Shown: positions 17,528-29,494 of the stretch, piece after piece
Layout of the letters: the number at the start of each line of letters is the position of its first letter
How positions within the stretch are numbered: position 1 is the first letter of the stretch
From: Microgenomates group bacterium GW2011_GWC1_46_15
GTDB taxonomy: Bacteria > Patescibacteriota > Microgenomatia > UBA1400 > UBA12028
Assembly: GCA_001002285.1 (NCBI GenBank)
Contig: LCLX01000001.1
Span: forward strand, 128,030 to 192,029
DNA: 64,000 bases
Direction: 5' to 3'
Translations under genes and position numbers: made by a program
The notes under the pieces: generated by a model
The model's database searches: none
What the model was told of the DNA's origin: nothing
The model's input: only the letters and a program-made list of their open reading frames with translations

Positions 17528-19141
17528 ATGAAAAAATACTTTAAATACCTTTACTCAACATTGATTGGTGTTTTTGCCATAGCAATTCTTATTTTTGGCC
17601 AGTTTATTGCAAAAGCAACTCCAGGAATGGAAGCAGGATTGGGTGGCGATAAATCACAGTTGGCTCCAGGTGAGCAGTTTCAATACATTGTAACTGTGCA
17701 AAATACAGGGGACACCGATCTTCACAATATTATGGTTGCCCAAAATCTTTCTAATCAGGTCAATTATATTTCCGGAACAACGACTGCAGAGAAAGGTGGA
17801 ACAACGGTGAACGTCACAGATGCATGGATTGCCGATGGAGTTACGTTGGGCACACTTGCACCAGCACAAACAGCATTTCTCCGTTTTTCAGTAAATGTAA
17901 GCAATAGTGCGGTTGTGGGATCTCAGGTAGAAAGCGTTGTTCAAGTCAAGAGTGATGAGTTCCCCAACTGGATGCAGAGAGCATATACCTTCACCGTTGT
18001 TTCTGGAAATCAGCGCACAACGCTTCGTGGTGGAAACTTCCTCACTGTGATGAATAACACAACGCAGGGGCCAATCGGCGACTCAGTCAATGTTGTTCCG
18101 TACAACGTTGTTGAGTTTTTCGTCCGTATCGTCAACGAAGGGCAAAATACTGCGCGGAACGTCCATATCCAGATGCAGTTTTCTGGTCAGTACGCGACAG
18201 TCATGAACCCACAACTCACACTTACATCAAACAACGCGGACACCATTTTTGACTCTGTTTCTGTGGTTTCCACGGCTCCTTCTGTTCTCATCTACAAACT
18301 TGGATATGCAATGATCGCGGGTAATACAGGACTCTACAACTGTCCAAACATGTGTCCAATTCCTGAGACATTTTATGGTTCACCGTTGAACATCGGTGAC
18401 ATCCAACCAGGGGAAGCGGCAACAATCCAGTTGAAGTTCAAGGCTGATGTGATTCCACAGTCAACGGCTACCCCTACTCCAACACCTACACCCACACCTA
18501 CCCTGACACCCACGCCTACCCCGACACCGACACCAACACCAGGGCCAACCTGTAACTCGACATGCAATACCAACAGTGACTGTCCTTCAACACTCTTCTG
18601 TTACAAGCAGAACGGCTCCAACTCCGGCCTCTGCCGCAGGGAGTCAAACCCATCGAGTATCACGTGTGAGGACACCAACGAAGGCGGATTTATCGTCATC
18701 AAGTACCAAGATGACAGTGGCAACGGTTCACGCGAGTCAGAAGAAAAAGGTTTGAATTGGGAGTTCGAGTGGGATTTGTGCCGAGATAACAACAACTGCG
18801 ACAACGCCTGGCAGTTCCAGAACAGTTACCTCACGTATGCTGACCGTAATGGAGAGGGTGGTCGTGTTGGTGGACTACGCGATGGCGACAAAGTGCGTGT
18901 CCGTGAAAAGTCAAAGGGTGGATGGAGCTCAACAACTCCAACAGAGGTTATCCTGACGATCCGCCGTGGTGAAACCGCGACCGCTCGATTTGGAAACAGG
19001 CCAACCAAACCAACCGTTACCACAAACCAACCGCCAAAAGAGCTTCCAAAGACGGGTGTAGATCTGGTAGCACAGCTCATTGGAACGTTCGGAATCGGTG
19101 CGGCAGGTGTCTACTTGCGCAGAAAATATAGAACCTCATAA
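17528..19141 (+). CDS. Sortase-anchored surface protein (DUF11-like Ig repeats, PT linker, Cys-rich motif, LPKTG)
   Basis: Signal peptide; PGEQFQYIVTVQNTG; (TP)n; CNSTC...C...C; LPKTG followed by TM and RRKYR. Confidence 0.85.
   Translation: MKKYFKYLYSTLIGVFAIAILIFGQFIAKATPGMEAGLGGDKSQLAPGEQFQYIVTVQNTGDTDLHNIMVAQNLSNQVNYISGTTTAEKGGTTVNVTDAWIADGVTLGTLAPAQTAFLRFSVNVSNSAVVGSQVESVVQVKSDEFPNWMQRAYTFTVVSGNQRTTLRGGNFLTVMNNTTQGPIGDSVNVVPYNVVEFFVRIVNEGQNTARNVHIQMQFSGQYATVMNPQLTLTSNNADTIFDSVSVVSTAPSVLIYKLGYAMIAGNTGLYNCPNMCPIPETFYGSPLNIGDIQPGEAATIQLKFKADVIPQSTATPTPTPTPTPTLTPTPTPTPTPTPGPTCNSTCNTNSDCPSTLFCYKQNGSNSGLCRRESNPSSITCEDTNEGGFIVIKYQDDSGNGSRESEEKGLNWEFEWDLCRDNNNCDNAWQFQNSYLTYADRNGEGGRVGGLRDGDKVRVREKSKGGWSSTTPTEVILTIRRGETATARFGNRPTKPTVTTNQPPKELPKTGVDLVAQLIGTFGIGAAGVYLRRKYRTS
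18466..18541 (+). repeat. Thr-Pro coding tandem repeat
   Basis: Degenerate ACN-CCN hexamer array encoding TPTPTP... Confidence 0.8.
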
Positions 19142-19143
19142 CC

Positions 19144-20352
19144 ATGGCCACAAAACGCGTGTACGTCTACTCGAGTTCGGAAGCGATCCGGACGGAGCGC
19201 CAGCGTCCGTTGATTTTTGCCGGCTTTAACTTGTTTTTCTCGATATGTGGCCATATTGTTCAAGACATTGCCCAGAGCTTCTCACCCGCTGTACTGCGCC
19301 AGACGGCACTCGAACTTGCCACACTCGGGAAACCCCCAGGTCAGCCAGGAATTGGTGAAAAAACAGCCACTCAACAGGCTAAAACACACAGTGTTCAGCA
19401 AGTTCAAACTCAACCCCACCAAATCAAGTTCTCCGGTGTTGTATATCTTTCGCCCACCGCACAAGAACTTGACCACGCCGAACCGTGGAAACTCATCTCA
19501 GCGCGCAGACAAAAACATCAAACGTTCAAGCACACCTCAAGTACTTCCGCATTAACACCTCTAGAAAATCTCTTTATCACCCTTTGGGTGCAGAAAAAGA
19601 AGGTCGAGCTTGTGTCCAAAAAGACCTGGTATGGTATTCAAACAACAACGGCTCCATATCTTGAAACCACGAAAGAGCTTTTTGAACCCCTGCAGGTCGT
19701 TTTTGCACGCATTCCACCTCGTTTGGCATACAGCGTTGGATCAGTGATGGTCGGTATCGCCCTTTTTAGTACAATCTTTTTTGGTGCGCCATTTTTCGCG
19801 CTGGAACTGCGTTCACTGGTGTTCCGCGTAACTTCTCCTCTTATCCCAACCGCCGATCCAAATGCCAAACCTACGGTGTTTTCCGACGTTTCCACGCCTG
19901 AGCAGAACAAACAGTTCAGTATCCGCATTCCCATGATTGGTATTGATGCACAAGTGACTTCAAATGTGGACATGAATAATCCCAAAGAGTATGAGGAAGC
20001 GCTCAAGCACGGTGTCGCGCACGCCAAGGGAACGGGGTTGCCCGGCGATGACGGCGGTATCAATAAAACGATCGTGATTTTCTCGCACTCAACGAACGGA
20101 AGCTGGAATATCACCAAATATAACGCACTGTTTTACTCACTCAAGGATCTCAAAGAAGAAGATCAAATCCAGGTGTGGTTTTGGGGGAAAGAGTATTGGT
20201 ACAAAGTAAAAGAGAAAAAGGTGATTGAACCAAACGATGTTTCGTTCCTCAAGCCGCAAATGGACACAGAAAAGTTGATTTTGCAGACCTGTTGGCCGCC
20301 GGGAACGATCTCAAAGCGGTTGCTTATCGTTGCGGAGAGAGTGCAAAACTAA
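19144..20352 (+). CDS. Sortase with long N-terminal extension
   Basis: IRIPMIGID, ALKHGVAH, FSHS (His), LILQTCWPPGT...KRLL (Cys/Arg); adjacent to the LPXTG substrate. Confidence 0.9.
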   Translation: MATKRVYVYSSSEAIRTERQRPLIFAGFNLFFSICGHIVQDIAQSFSPAVLRQTALELATLGKPPGQPGIGEKTATQQAKTHSVQQVQTQPHQIKFSGVVYLSPTAQELDHAEPWKLISARRQKHQTFKHTSSTSALTPLENLFITLWVQKKKVELVSKKTWYGIQTTTAPYLETTKELFEPLQVVFARIPPRLAYSVGSVMVGIALFSTIFFGAPFFALELRSLVFRVTSPLIPTADPNAKPTVFSDVSTPEQNKQFSIRIPMIGIDAQVTSNVDMNNPKEYEEALKHGVAHAKGTGLPGDDGGINKTIVIFSHSTNGSWNITKYNALFYSLKDLKEEDQIQVWFWGKEYWYKVKEKKVIEPNDVSFLKPQMDTEKLILQTCWPPGTISKRLLIVAERVQN

Positions 20353-20394
20353 AAACGGTATTGATATTTTGTATAATTATTGTATGATTATTGT

Positions 20395-20628
20395 ATGCAA
20401 ACAATCAATATTTCTCTTCCGGCTAAACTTCAGGACCAAGCAAACTCTCTTGTGCAAGAGGGGCATTTTGCTTCGTTCAGTGACTTGGTGCGAACTGCAA
20501 TACGGGATCTTCTTGGGAAATCTCAATATGATCTTTGGGCGGATGAAGCAAAACAGGAACTCAAGAAAGGAGTAGTGCGTTCTTATAAAACAAAAAGAAC
20601 AATCTCCAAGTACCTATCGCAGATATAG
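20395..20628 (+). CDS. Ribbon-helix-helix protein (ParD/CopG-like antitoxin), no adjacent toxin
   Basis: MQTINISLP...EGHFASFSDLVRTAIRDL; ATTATTGTATG tandem repeat over its promoter. Confidence 0.75.
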   Translation: MQTINISLPAKLQDQANSLVQEGHFASFSDLVRTAIRDLLGKSQYDLWADEAKQELKKGVVRSYKTKRTISKYLSQI

Positions 20629-20676
20629 TCCCGTATGGGATTCGTGTTACACTAAACTTTAGTAAAAAGAAAATAT

Positions 20677-21054
20677 ATGTCAGCATTACATCCATCAGAA
20701 CCACAACCATTGAGTGAAGACAAAAAACTCTCTTTTCTTGGCCGAATTAAGGCAATAGACTTACTTATTAGTGATAGCGTCACTCCGTTTGATATTCGAA
20801 CGGAGGGTGTTGGAGACCCATCATTATGGAACAAATATAAAGAACAACTTCATACAGGGCCTGATTATCAACAAGTCTTTGCGCAAGGAGAAAGAAGTGG
20901 ATTTTTAATCAAAATATATCAAACAAACATTCCATCGGTATATTGTGTAGAACGTAGTTCTGGAGGAGGAACAACATCCCGAGATATTATTAAACTTGGC
21001 AATAGTCGTGAAGAAATTTTTCAAAGAACAAAATCGATATTTGATGCTATATAA
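20677..21054 (+). CDS. Hypothetical protein
   Basis: 125-aa AT-rich ORF with no recognised motif. Confidence 0.55.
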   Translation: MSALHPSEPQPLSEDKKLSFLGRIKAIDLLISDSVTPFDIRTEGVGDPSLWNKYKEQLHTGPDYQQVFAQGERSGFLIKIYQTNIPSVYCVERSSGGGTTSRDIIKLGNSREEIFQRTKSIFDAI

Positions 21055-21075
21055 CTTCATTTCTTAAATTCCCTC

Positions 21076-21104
21076 TTGACCCCCACAATATTTCTTGATA
21101 TTAT
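21076..21104 (+). promoter_or_regulatory. rpoB promoter
   Basis: TTGACC-17nt-TATTAT with extended -10 TG. Confidence 0.6.
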
Positions 21105-21368
21105 CCAGATCACGTTCGAAAGAATAAATAAGCGTAATGAAGCGTGTGTTGTGCACGCTTCGTTTTCTTGTTTATTTTAATAGTTTGTCGGGGAATATTG
21201 ACCACTCAACTTTGTACATAACCCAAGTTCGAATCCACACGGGGCATGCGTCTGCCCATTTTGTGTTGGAAGGGAATATACGGGTGTATCACACGAAGTT
21301 TAGCAAGACCCCCACCTGCTTACTAACGTACCGTTCGAATACAACACAGCGTACTGAAAGGGTCGTGC

Positions 21369-24300
21369 ATGTCGAAGCAAACTCGTCTTTACTGGGGCAA
21401 GCAGAACACAGTTCTTCCGGAACTGGATCTCACAAAAGTTCAACGCGATTCATACGAATGGTTCTTGACCGACGGTATCCGCGATATTTTGGAAGAAGTC
21501 AGTCCAATTAAAGATTTCACAGGAAAAAACTGGGAACTTTCTTTTAGTAAACACACGTTTGGCAAACCAAAACACCTTCCAAGAGAAGCCCGCGAGAAAT
21601 CACTTTCATACGACATGCCGCTCCGCGTTGTCGCGACACTTTTCAATAAACAAACAAACGAAACAACAAAACAAGAAGTGTTCCTCGGCGATATTCCAAA
21701 AATGACGCCAAACGGCACATTCATTATTAATGGTGTTGAGCGCGCTGTTGTGAACCAACTTGTCCGTTCCCCTGGGATTTTCTTTTCCGGCGAAGTTGAT
21801 CCATCATCCGGCCGTACGTTGTACAAATCGGAACTCCGCCCTATGCGTGGATCGTGGATCGAGATGAACATCGGCCGCAACGATGTGATGACAATCAAAA
21901 TTGACCGCCACCGCAAAATCCCTGTCACGGTATTGCTCCGCGCCGCGGGTGTTGGTGATGACGATGCATTGATCGCTCTTTTTTCTGATGTTGATAAAAA
22001 CCCAGACCACGCATTTCTCCGCGCGACGCTCGAAAAAGACACAACAAAAACACAGTCCGAAGCATTGATTGAACTCTATCAAAAGATGCGCCCCGGCGAA
22101 CCGTCCGTGTTAAAGAACGCGCAGGATTTATTCCACGAAATGTTTTTTGATCCCCGCCGGTACGATTTGGGACGTGTTGGGCGGTATAAATTGAACCGCA
22201 GATTAAATGTCGCAATTCCAAATGACAAAGACCACCGCGTGCTCACAAAAGAAGATATTATCGCTGCGGTCAAGTACTTGATTGCCTTGCAAAACGGCAA
22301 AGGAAAGACCGATGATATTGATCACCTTTCAAACCGCCGTGTCCGCTCGGTCGGTGAGTTGGTTTCTACCAACGCCTTCCGTATTGGAATGCTGAGATTG
22401 GAACGGTCCATCCGCGAAAAAATGTCGCTCACAAAAACAGACGAAACATTGACGCCATCTTCATTAGTAAACGCTCGTCCATTGATCGCAACGATTTCCG
22501 AGTTTTTCCGTCGCAACCGCTTGTCCACGATTTTGGATCAGACAAATCCGCTTTCCGAAGTAGACAATCTCCGCCGTTTGTCCGTGATGGGTTCCGGTGG
22601 CGTAACGCGCGAACGTGCAAGTTTCTCTATGCGCGACATTAACGCATCGCAATACTCCAGAATTGACCCCGTCCGGTCGCCGGAGGGTCCGAACATTGGT
22701 TTAGTCACCTACCTTGCGTTGTACGCACGTATTAACGACTATGGATTTTTGGAAGCGCCATACCGCAAAATTGAAAAAATTGAGCGCAACGGCAAAGTAA
22801 AAATGAGAGTGACCGACGAGATTGTGTATATTTCTGCCGATGATGAAGAAGATAACTATGTAACACACGCCGGTGTTGAAATGGATAAAGATGGATACAT
22901 CACACAGGAATGGATTCCGCTCCGCTACCGCAACGAGTTTATGGAAGGTCCGGTTGAGCAGGTTCAGTATATTGATGTGATCCCGCGCCAGGTTGTTGGA
23001 ACTTCAGCATCACTTATTCCGTTTATCTCGCACGACGAAGCAAACCGCGCGCTGATGGGCACGCACATGCAGTGTCAGGCCGTTCCACTTTTGAAACCGG
23101 CATCTCCAATTATTGGAACTGGCATGGAGTCGGAAGTGATCCGCGCGATGGGCCACGTGATTCTTGCCCGGCACGCTGGTGTCGTTGAGTATGCAGACGC
23201 AAACAAAGTTGTGGTCAAACTCGAAGAAAAAGATATTGAAGACGCAAAAAAAGCAAAGGACTTGGAAGACCTTGAGTACGTCCGCGTGGAAGGAAAGCGC
23301 GAAATCTACGAAGTCCGCAAGTTTGTGCGCAGTGCCCAAAGCACCTGTTACACACAGAAGCCCGCGGTAACAGCCGGCGACAAAGTGAAAAAAGGAACAT
23401 TGCTCGTTGATGGTCCCTCATCCGATGGCGGCGAACTTGCGTTGGGCCAAAACCTCGTGATCGCGTACGCGTCATTTGATGGTTTGGGATATGAAGACGC
23501 GATTGTTGTGTCCGACAAGTTAATCCGCGACGATTTGTTGACCTCTATCCATATTAATGAGTACGAAGCGTTAGTCATGGACACCAAACTTGGTGCGGAA
23601 GAAATCACATCAGACATTCCAAACGTTGGTGAAGCAGAACTACGCAACTTGACCGAAGAAGGCATTATCGCAATCGGTTCCGAAGTTGTTCAAAACGATA
23701 TTTTGGTTGGGAAAATTGCTCCAAAAGGAGACACAGAGTTAACACCGGAAGAGCGTTTGCTCCGCGCGATCTTTGGTGAAAAAGCACGCGACGTCCGCGA
23801 TACATCTTTGCGTATGCCGCACGGTGAGTCCGGAACAGTCATTGATGTTAAAGTGCTTGACCGCGACAAAGGCGACGAGCTTGACCCCGGCGTGAACAAA
23901 AAAGTCGTGGTCCGCGTCGCCCAGCTCCGCAAAGTAACGGTGGGTGACAAAGTCGCAGGCCGCCACGGAAACAAGGGTGTTATTTCAAAGATCGTTCCCG
24001 TTGAAGACATGCCGCACCTCGCAGACGGGACAGCGGTCGACATTATAATTTCGCCGCTCTCTGTTTTGGCCCGTATGAACCTTGGTCAATTGTTAGAAGC
24101 ACACCTTGGATGGGCTGCAGAAAAACTTGGCTACAAAGTTGCAATCCCAGTATTTGAAGAGATTAAAGAAAACGTGATTTGGGACGAGCTCAAGCGCACG
24201 GGTCTTCCGGTTTCCGGAAAGACACGGTTGTACGATGGCCGCACGGGCGAACAGTATCTTGAAGACACCGTGGTTGGTATTGGATACATCTTGAAGTTGA

Positions 24301-24830
24301 CACACATGGTTGAAGACAAGACGCACGCACGTTCAACAGGTCCATACTCACTTGTTACACAACAGCCGTTGGGTGGAAAAGCGCAGATGGGTGGACAGCG
24401 TTTGGGAGAAATGGAAGTCTGGGCACTGGAAGCACACCGCGCCGCGCACACTCTGCAGGAAATGTTGACGATCAAATCAGACGACGTTGTTGGCCGCGCG
24501 AAAGCATTCGAAGCAATTGTTAAAGGGACAGAGATTCCAGCATCCACGGTTCCTGAGTCATTCAAAGTCTTAATGCGCGAACTCAACTCACTTGGCCTTG
24601 ACGTCATTATGAAGGAAGCGGTTGTGAAGGATATTAAAGATGAAGAGGAAGATGGAACAAAAGAAAAAGTTCAGGAAGCATTGGCCAACGATGTACAAGC
24701 AGCCGCGCAAGGATTAACAGTGACTGATGATACTGCGACCGCTGTTGCTGCGGCACCAACCGATAACACAAAAGAAGACGAACCATCAGACGAAGATTTG
24801 GCCGTTGTTGAACAAGGGGGACAAGAATAA
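21369..24830 (+). CDS. rpoB: RNA polymerase beta subunit
   Basis: [39 protein letters not shown]. Confidence 0.99.
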   Translation: MSKQTRLYWGKQNTVLPELDLTKVQRDSYEWFLTDGIRDILEEVSPIKDFTGKNWELSFSKHTFGKPKHLPREAREKSLSYDMPLRVVATLFNKQTNETTKQEVFLGDIPKMTPNGTFIINGVERAVVNQLVRSPGIFFSGEVDPSSGRTLYKSELRPMRGSWIEMNIGRNDVMTIKIDRHRKIPVTVLLRAAGVGDDDALIALFSDVDKNPDHAFLRATLEKDTTKTQSEALIELYQKMRPGEPSVLKNAQDLFHEMFFDPRRYDLGRVGRYKLNRRLNVAIPNDKDHRVLTKEDIIAAVKYLIALQNGKGKTDDIDHLSNRRVRSVGELVSTNAFRIGMLRLERSIREKMSLTKTDETLTPSSLVNARPLIATISEFFRRNRLSTILDQTNPLSEVDNLRRLSVMGSGGVTRERASFSMRDINASQYSRIDPVRSPEGPNIGLVTYLALYARINDYGFLEAPYRKIEKIERNGKVKMRVTDEIVYISADDEEDNYVTHAGVEMDKDGYITQEWIPLRYRNEFMEGPVEQVQYIDVIPRQVVGTSASLIPFISHDEANRALMGTHMQCQAVPLLKPASPIIGTGMESEVIRAMGHVILARHAGVVEYADANKVVVKLEEKDIEDAKKAKDLEDLEYVRVEGKREIYEVRKFVRSAQSTCYTQKPAVTAGDKVKKGTLLVDGPSSDGGELALGQNLVIAYASFDGLGYEDAIVVSDKLIRDDLLTSIHINEYEALVMDTKLGAEEITSDIPNVGEAELRNLTEEGIIAIGSEVVQNDILVGKIAPKGDTELTPEERLLRAIFGEKARDVRDTSLRMPHGESGTVIDVKVLDRDKGDELDPGVNKKVVVRVAQLRKVTVGDKVAGRHGNKGVISKIVPVEDMPHLADGTAVDIIISPLSVLARMNLGQLLEAHLGWAAEKLGYKVAIPVFEEIKENVIWDELKRTGLPVSGKTRLYDGRTGEQYLEDTVVGIGYILKLTHMVEDKTHARSTGPYSLVTQQPLGGKAQMGGQRLGEMEVWALEAHRAAHTLQEMLTIKSDDVVGRAKAFEAIVKGTEIPASTVPESFKVLMRELNSLGLDVIMKEAVVKDIKDEEEDGTKEKVQEALANDVQAAAQGLTVTDDTATAVAAAPTDNTKEDEPSDEDLAVVEQGGQE

Positions 24831-27800
24831 TGAAAACAGTTGTTGATTTTTCTTCATTAAAAATTCAGCTCGCATCGCCGGACATCATTAAAGGATGGTC
24901 ATACGGTGAAGTGCAGAAGCCGGAAACAATCAACTACCGCACGTTAAAGCCAGAAAAAGGTGGATTGTTCGCGGAAGAAATTTTTGGTCCCACAAAAGAC
25001 TGGGAGTGTTACTGTGGAAAGTACAAACGCATTCGCTACCGGGGCATTATCTGTGACAAGTGTGGCGTCGAAGTTACGCAGGCACGTGTCCGCCGTGAGC
25101 GCATGGGCCACATTACATTAGCAACGTCGGTCGCGCACATTTGGTACTTCAAAGGTGCGCCGTCCCGCATGTCGCTTTTGCTTGATATTTCACCGCGTAA
25201 TCTCAGCTCAATTGTGTACTTCAACCAATACATCGTGCTTGATGTGAATAAAGACAAGCAAACCGCGATGATTGATCAGCTCGACAAAGATAGCGCAACA
25301 GCGGTCGAAGAACTCAAAGAAAAAGCAAAGTTAAACGTAGAGAAGATGAAAGAAGAGCTCGATGTCACGCTCCGCGATCTCAAAGAAAAAGTCCAAGGAA
25401 AAGAACAGCAAGAGATTAAAAGAGAGGCGCTCGCGCTCAAAGCAAAACAGAACATGGCGCATGTGAAAGAAGAGCTGGACTCCGAGTCTGCAAGCACACA
25501 AGAGATTTACAAAACAGTCAAAGAAATGGCAAAGCGTCTGAAGAAGTTCTCAATTTTGAGTGAAGACGAGTATCTGAAACTTGCTGAGTACAACGCCGTT
25601 GACCATATTCGCGTGGGTATGGGCGCAGAAGCGTTGTTGGAAGTGATCCGCACGCTCGATCTCGCAAAAATGGCCGAAGAGTTGCGTGAGGAAATTCAAA
25701 CAGCCGTGGGACAGCGCCGCATTAAAGCAACCCGCAGGCTCCGTGTTGTTGAAGGTTTCCGCAAAGCAAGCATTAAACCAGAATGGATGTTGTTCCAAGT
25801 TCTGCCGGTGATCCCGCCAGACCTTCGTCCAATGGTCCAACTTTCCGGTGGCCGGTTTGCGACATCAGACTTGAACGACTTATACCGTCGTGTTATCAAC
25901 CGTAATAACCGTTTGAAACATTTGATTGATCTTGGCGCGCCAGAAATTATTTTGCGTAACGAGAAACGTATGTTGCAGGAAGCCGTTGACGCGCTTATTG
26001 ATAGCTCGAACGTGCGCGCGACACAGCGCCGCGTTGCAAAGCGCCCACTCCGCTCGCTTTCAGAAATGCTCCGTGGAAAGCAAGGCCGTTTCCGCCAGAA
26101 CCTTCTTGGAAAACGTGTTGACTACTCCGGACGTTCGGTGATCGTGGTTGGTCCAGAACTCGACCTTAATCAATGTGGTTTGCCAAAAGAAATGGCGTTG
26201 GAAATGTTCAAGCCATTCGTGTTGCGCGAACTCATCAAACAGGGGATTGCGCCAAACGTGAAGAGCGCGAAACACGCGTTGGAACGCCGCTCACCGGAAG
26301 TGCTCGATATTCTTGAAGAAATTATCAAAGACCACCCGGTTCTGTTGAACCGTGCGCCGACTCTGCACAAACTTGGTATTCAAGCGTTCTATCCTCAGCT
26401 TATTGAAGGAAACGCGATCCGTCTGCACCCATGTGTGTGTGCGGGGTACAACGCGGACTTTGACGGTGACCAAATGGCTGTGCACGTTCCGCTCACTGAA
26501 GAAGCAAAACAAGAAGCACGCGATTTGATGATGCCATCGCACAACTTGTTGAAGCCAGCCGATGGTTCTCCAATTACGATCCCGAACAAGGATATGGCGA
26601 TGGGTGCGTACTACATGACAACGATTGACGAAGCGTTGCCAAAGGTATCAACGATTTTCACAGATGCCGATGAAGCTGAACACGCGTATCTCGAACGCAA
26701 GATCGCGTTGCGCCAGGAAATCAAAGTCCGTATGCCGATGGGCAGTGACAAAAAATTGCAGATCATCACGACCACAATTGGCCGCATCCGCTTCAACGCA
26801 ATTCTTCCTGAGTCATTACAGTTCATTAATGCCGCGATCAACTCCGGCGCGATTAAAAACTTGATCCGCAAAGCAATCAACACAGAATCACGCGACGATG
26901 TCCGCGCGCTCATTGATAACATTAAGAATCTTGGATTCAAGGTTGCAACAATGTCAGGTCTTTCGGTTGCCGTTACGGACTGTGTGATGGTTGATGACAA
27001 AGACGTGATGATTGATGTCGCAGACAAGCGCGTTGAAGAAATTCAGCAAAACTTCCTGCAAGGATTGATTACGCAAGATGAACGCCGCCGTCTCACGTTC
27101 GAGGTGTGGATGGAAACAACCGACACGATCGCAGAAAAAACATGGAATAACTTTGGCGAGAAGAACGCGGTGAAAGTTATGATTAACTCCGGTGGAACGC
27201 GCGCGTCCAAAGATCAGGTGAAACAGCTTGCCGCTATGCGCGGACTTGTTGTTGACCCGCTTGGAAAAATCGTGGAACTGCCAACAAAATCAAACTTCCG
27301 CGAAGGTCTTTCTATCTTTGAGTACGTTACATCATCCCGTGGATCACGTAAAGGATTGACCGACTCAGCGCTCAAAACAGCAGACGCAGGATATCTCACG
27401 CGCCGTTTAGTTGACGTTGCGCACGACATGATTATCCGTATGGAAGACTGTAAAACAGCAGAGGGTATCGAGCTTATTAAAGCCGGACCGCGCGAAAAAA
27501 TGTTTGGCGGAAGAGTCGTTGGCCGTGTCGCGCTCAAAGACATTCAGCATCCTGGTAAAAAATCCGTGATGGTACAAGCGGGCGACATTATTACAGAAGA
27601 ACTCGCGGAAGAGATTGATCACATTGGCATCGCATCGGTGTGGGTCCGTTCTCCGCTCACGTGTGAAGCCCGAATCGGTATGTGTGCAAAATGTTATGGA
27701 TGGGACTTCTCATCCAAGGCGCTTGTGGAACTCGGTACGCCAGTTGGTATTATCGCCGCGCAGTCCATTGGTGAACCAGGGACACAGCTTACGATGCGTG

Positions 27801-28537
27801 TGAAACACTCCGGAGGTATCGTTGGACTCGACGTGACGCAAGGTCTGCCACGCGTTGAAGAATTGTTCGAGGCGCGTATTCCAAAAGCACTTTCGCCTAT
27901 TGCCGAAATCAACGGTAAAGCAACAGTTGAAGAAACAGCCGATGGATACAAAATCACAATTAAGACAACGACAAAACCGGAAGAAGTCCGTGAGTATGTT
28001 GTTCCCAAAACACAGGCGCTCGCAATCGCCGATGGCGACTTGGTGCACGCGGGAACACAATTAGCCGGCGGCGCACTCGACATTAAGGAAGTGCTCGAAA
28101 TCCGCGGCATGCGCGAAGCGCAGATTTACTTGCTGGAAGAGATTCAAAAGGTATACACCTCGCAGGGTATTCCGATCAACGATACACACTTTGAAGTCAT
28201 TATCCGCAAGATGAGTGACAAGCTGCGCATCGACACAAGTGGCGACACAGTGTTTTTGCCAGGAGAAATTGTGCCAAAGACGAAGTTTATTGATGAGAAC
28301 AGCAAAACAATGGCGGAAGGTGGCGAACCGGCAACGGCGCAAGTCATGATTCTCGGTATTACCCGCTCGTCATTGTTCATTGATTCCTGGCTCTCGGCCG
28401 CATCGTTCATGGAAACCACACGTGTGCTTGGTGAGGCTGCAGCAGAGGGAAGAGAAGATCAGCTACTCGGCATGAAAGAGAACGTCATCATCGGCCGATT
28501 GATTCCAACCAGCCCAGACCGCGCGATGGTGGGGTAG
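24830..28537 (+). CDS. rpoC: RNA polymerase beta' subunit
   Basis: [32 protein letters not shown]. Confidence 0.99.
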   Translation: MKTVVDFSSLKIQLASPDIIKGWSYGEVQKPETINYRTLKPEKGGLFAEEIFGPTKDWECYCGKYKRIRYRGIICDKCGVEVTQARVRRERMGHITLATSVAHIWYFKGAPSRMSLLLDISPRNLSSIVYFNQYIVLDVNKDKQTAMIDQLDKDSATAVEELKEKAKLNVEKMKEELDVTLRDLKEKVQGKEQQEIKREALALKAKQNMAHVKEELDSESASTQEIYKTVKEMAKRLKKFSILSEDEYLKLAEYNAVDHIRVGMGAEALLEVIRTLDLAKMAEELREEIQTAVGQRRIKATRRLRVVEGFRKASIKPEWMLFQVLPVIPPDLRPMVQLSGGRFATSDLNDLYRRVINRNNRLKHLIDLGAPEIILRNEKRMLQEAVDALIDSSNVRATQRRVAKRPLRSLSEMLRGKQGRFRQNLLGKRVDYSGRSVIVVGPELDLNQCGLPKEMALEMFKPFVLRELIKQGIAPNVKSAKHALERRSPEVLDILEEIIKDHPVLLNRAPTLHKLGIQAFYPQLIEGNAIRLHPCVCAGYNADFDGDQMAVHVPLTEEAKQEARDLMMPSHNLLKPADGSPITIPNKDMAMGAYYMTTIDEALPKVSTIFTDADEAEHAYLERKIALRQEIKVRMPMGSDKKLQIITTTIGRIRFNAILPESLQFINAAINSGAIKNLIRKAINTESRDDVRALIDNIKNLGFKVATMSGLSVAVTDCVMVDDKDVMIDVADKRVEEIQQNFLQGLITQDERRRLTFEVWMETTDTIAEKTWNNFGEKNAVKVMINSGGTRASKDQVKQLAAMRGLVVDPLGKIVELPTKSNFREGLSIFEYVTSSRGSRKGLTDSALKTADAGYLTRRLVDVAHDMIIRMEDCKTAEGIELIKAGPREKMFGGRVVGRVALKDIQHPGKKSVMVQAGDIITEELAEEIDHIGIASVWVRSPLTCEARIGMCAKCYGWDFSSKALVELGTPVGIIAAQSIGEPGTQLTMRVKHSGGIVGLDVTQGLPRVEELFEARIPKALSPIAEINGKATVEETADGYKITIKTTTKPEEVREYVVPKTQALAIADGDLVHAGTQLAGGALDIKEVLEIRGMREAQIYLLEEIQKVYTSQGIPINDTHFEVIIRKMSDKLRIDTSGDTVFLPGEIVPKTKFIDENSKTMAEGGEPATAQVMILGITRSSLFIDSWLSAASFMETTRVLGEAAAEGREDQLLGMKENVIIGRLIPTSPDRAMVG

Positions 28538-28573
28538 TATACTTCATCTATATTCCTGTCCAGGAAGGGTGAT

Positions 28574-28894
28574 ATGGGTGTTCCACGGAGTGAGTTGAAA
28601 AATAAGCCTACGAATCACGATGATTTTGAGTCAATGAATAATGCCCTGTTTTTGACACTTACAGCTTTCTTGAAGGACAAGCTCTCCATCAATATAGGGA
28701 AACTCAAAATTACCGCGCATCCAACGCACAGTGCAACAGCGGTTACGTTCGAAATACGAGTAGAGAATAGTGATGATGCCGAGTTGTTTACCACTCTTGG
28801 GAGTTCAAACTCTCCATTGCTGGCAATTGGACGAATGATGGAGATTGAAGAAACACAGCGTGCCATTTTTCTTGAAATGGATATTACCCGATAG
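28574..28894 (+). CDS. Hypothetical protein (weak resemblance to a type II KH domain)
   Basis: 106-aa ORF with SD-like GAAGGGTG; no GxxG loop. Confidence 0.5.
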   Translation: MGVPRSELKNKPTNHDDFESMNNALFLTLTAFLKDKLSINIGKLKITAHPTHSATAVTFEIRVENSDDAELFTTLGSSNSPLLAIGRMMEIEETQRAIFLEMDITR

Positions 28895-28900
28895 TTCATA

Positions 28901-29020
28901 TTGCAAATCAAGAAAAATCAGATATAATACTGATATTCGCGTGAAGGTATCCTCCGTATAGCGGTCAACGCAATCCGGAGAGTAATGCGAAAACCAAAGC
29001 GGTTTTCAGACCGCTTTTTT
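28901..29020 (+). promoter_or_regulatory. str operon promoter, structured leader and terminator-like hairpin
   Basis: TTGCAA-16-TATAAT; nested stems; AAAGCGGT-TTTCAG-ACCGCTTTTTT. Confidence 0.55.
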
Positions 29021-29045
29021 GTTTGTAGAAGGAAAGGCCTAACAT

Positions 29046-29471
29046 ATGCCAACAGTCAATCAGCTTATCCGCAGAGGGCGGAAAAGAAAACTCATGAAAG
29101 TGAAGGCGACTGCGTTGCGCAAGTCGTACAACTCAAAAAAGAATAGATCAACCAACACATTCAGTCCACAAAAGCGTGGTGTGTGTCTCATTGTCAAAAC
29201 AATGACGCCGAAAAAACCAAACTCCGCTTTGCGTAAAGTTGCACGTGTCCGTTTGTCCAACAGACAAGAAGTAACCGCCTACATTATGGGCGAGGGACAC
29301 AATTTGGCCGAACACTCTATCGTACTTATCCGCGGTGGCCGTGTGAAAGACTTGCCAGGTGTGAAGTATCACATTGTTCGCGGAAAGTTTGACTGCGCAG
29401 GTATTGATAAACGCAGATCCAGCCGTTCAAAGTACGGAACAAAGAAACCAAAGGCAGTTGCTGCCGCATAA
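29046..29471 (+). CDS. rpsL: 30S ribosomal protein S12
   Basis: [19 protein letters not shown]. Confidence 0.99.
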   Translation: MPTVNQLIRRGRKRKLMKVKATALRKSYNSKKNRSTNTFSPQKRGVCLIVKTMTPKKPNSALRKVARVRLSNRQEVTAYIMGEGHNLAEHSIVLIRGGRVKDLPGVKYHIVRGKFDCAGIDKRRSSRSKYGTKKPKAVAAA

Positions 29472-29494
29472 CCAAGTGGTAAGGAGAATAGTAT

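Noticed and set aside
17130-18545. Repetitive ACN-CCN tracts as a possible CRISPR or VNTR
   Set aside because: Degenerate codon-level repeats encoding Pro/Thr linkers; no repeat-spacer structure and no cas genes in the window.
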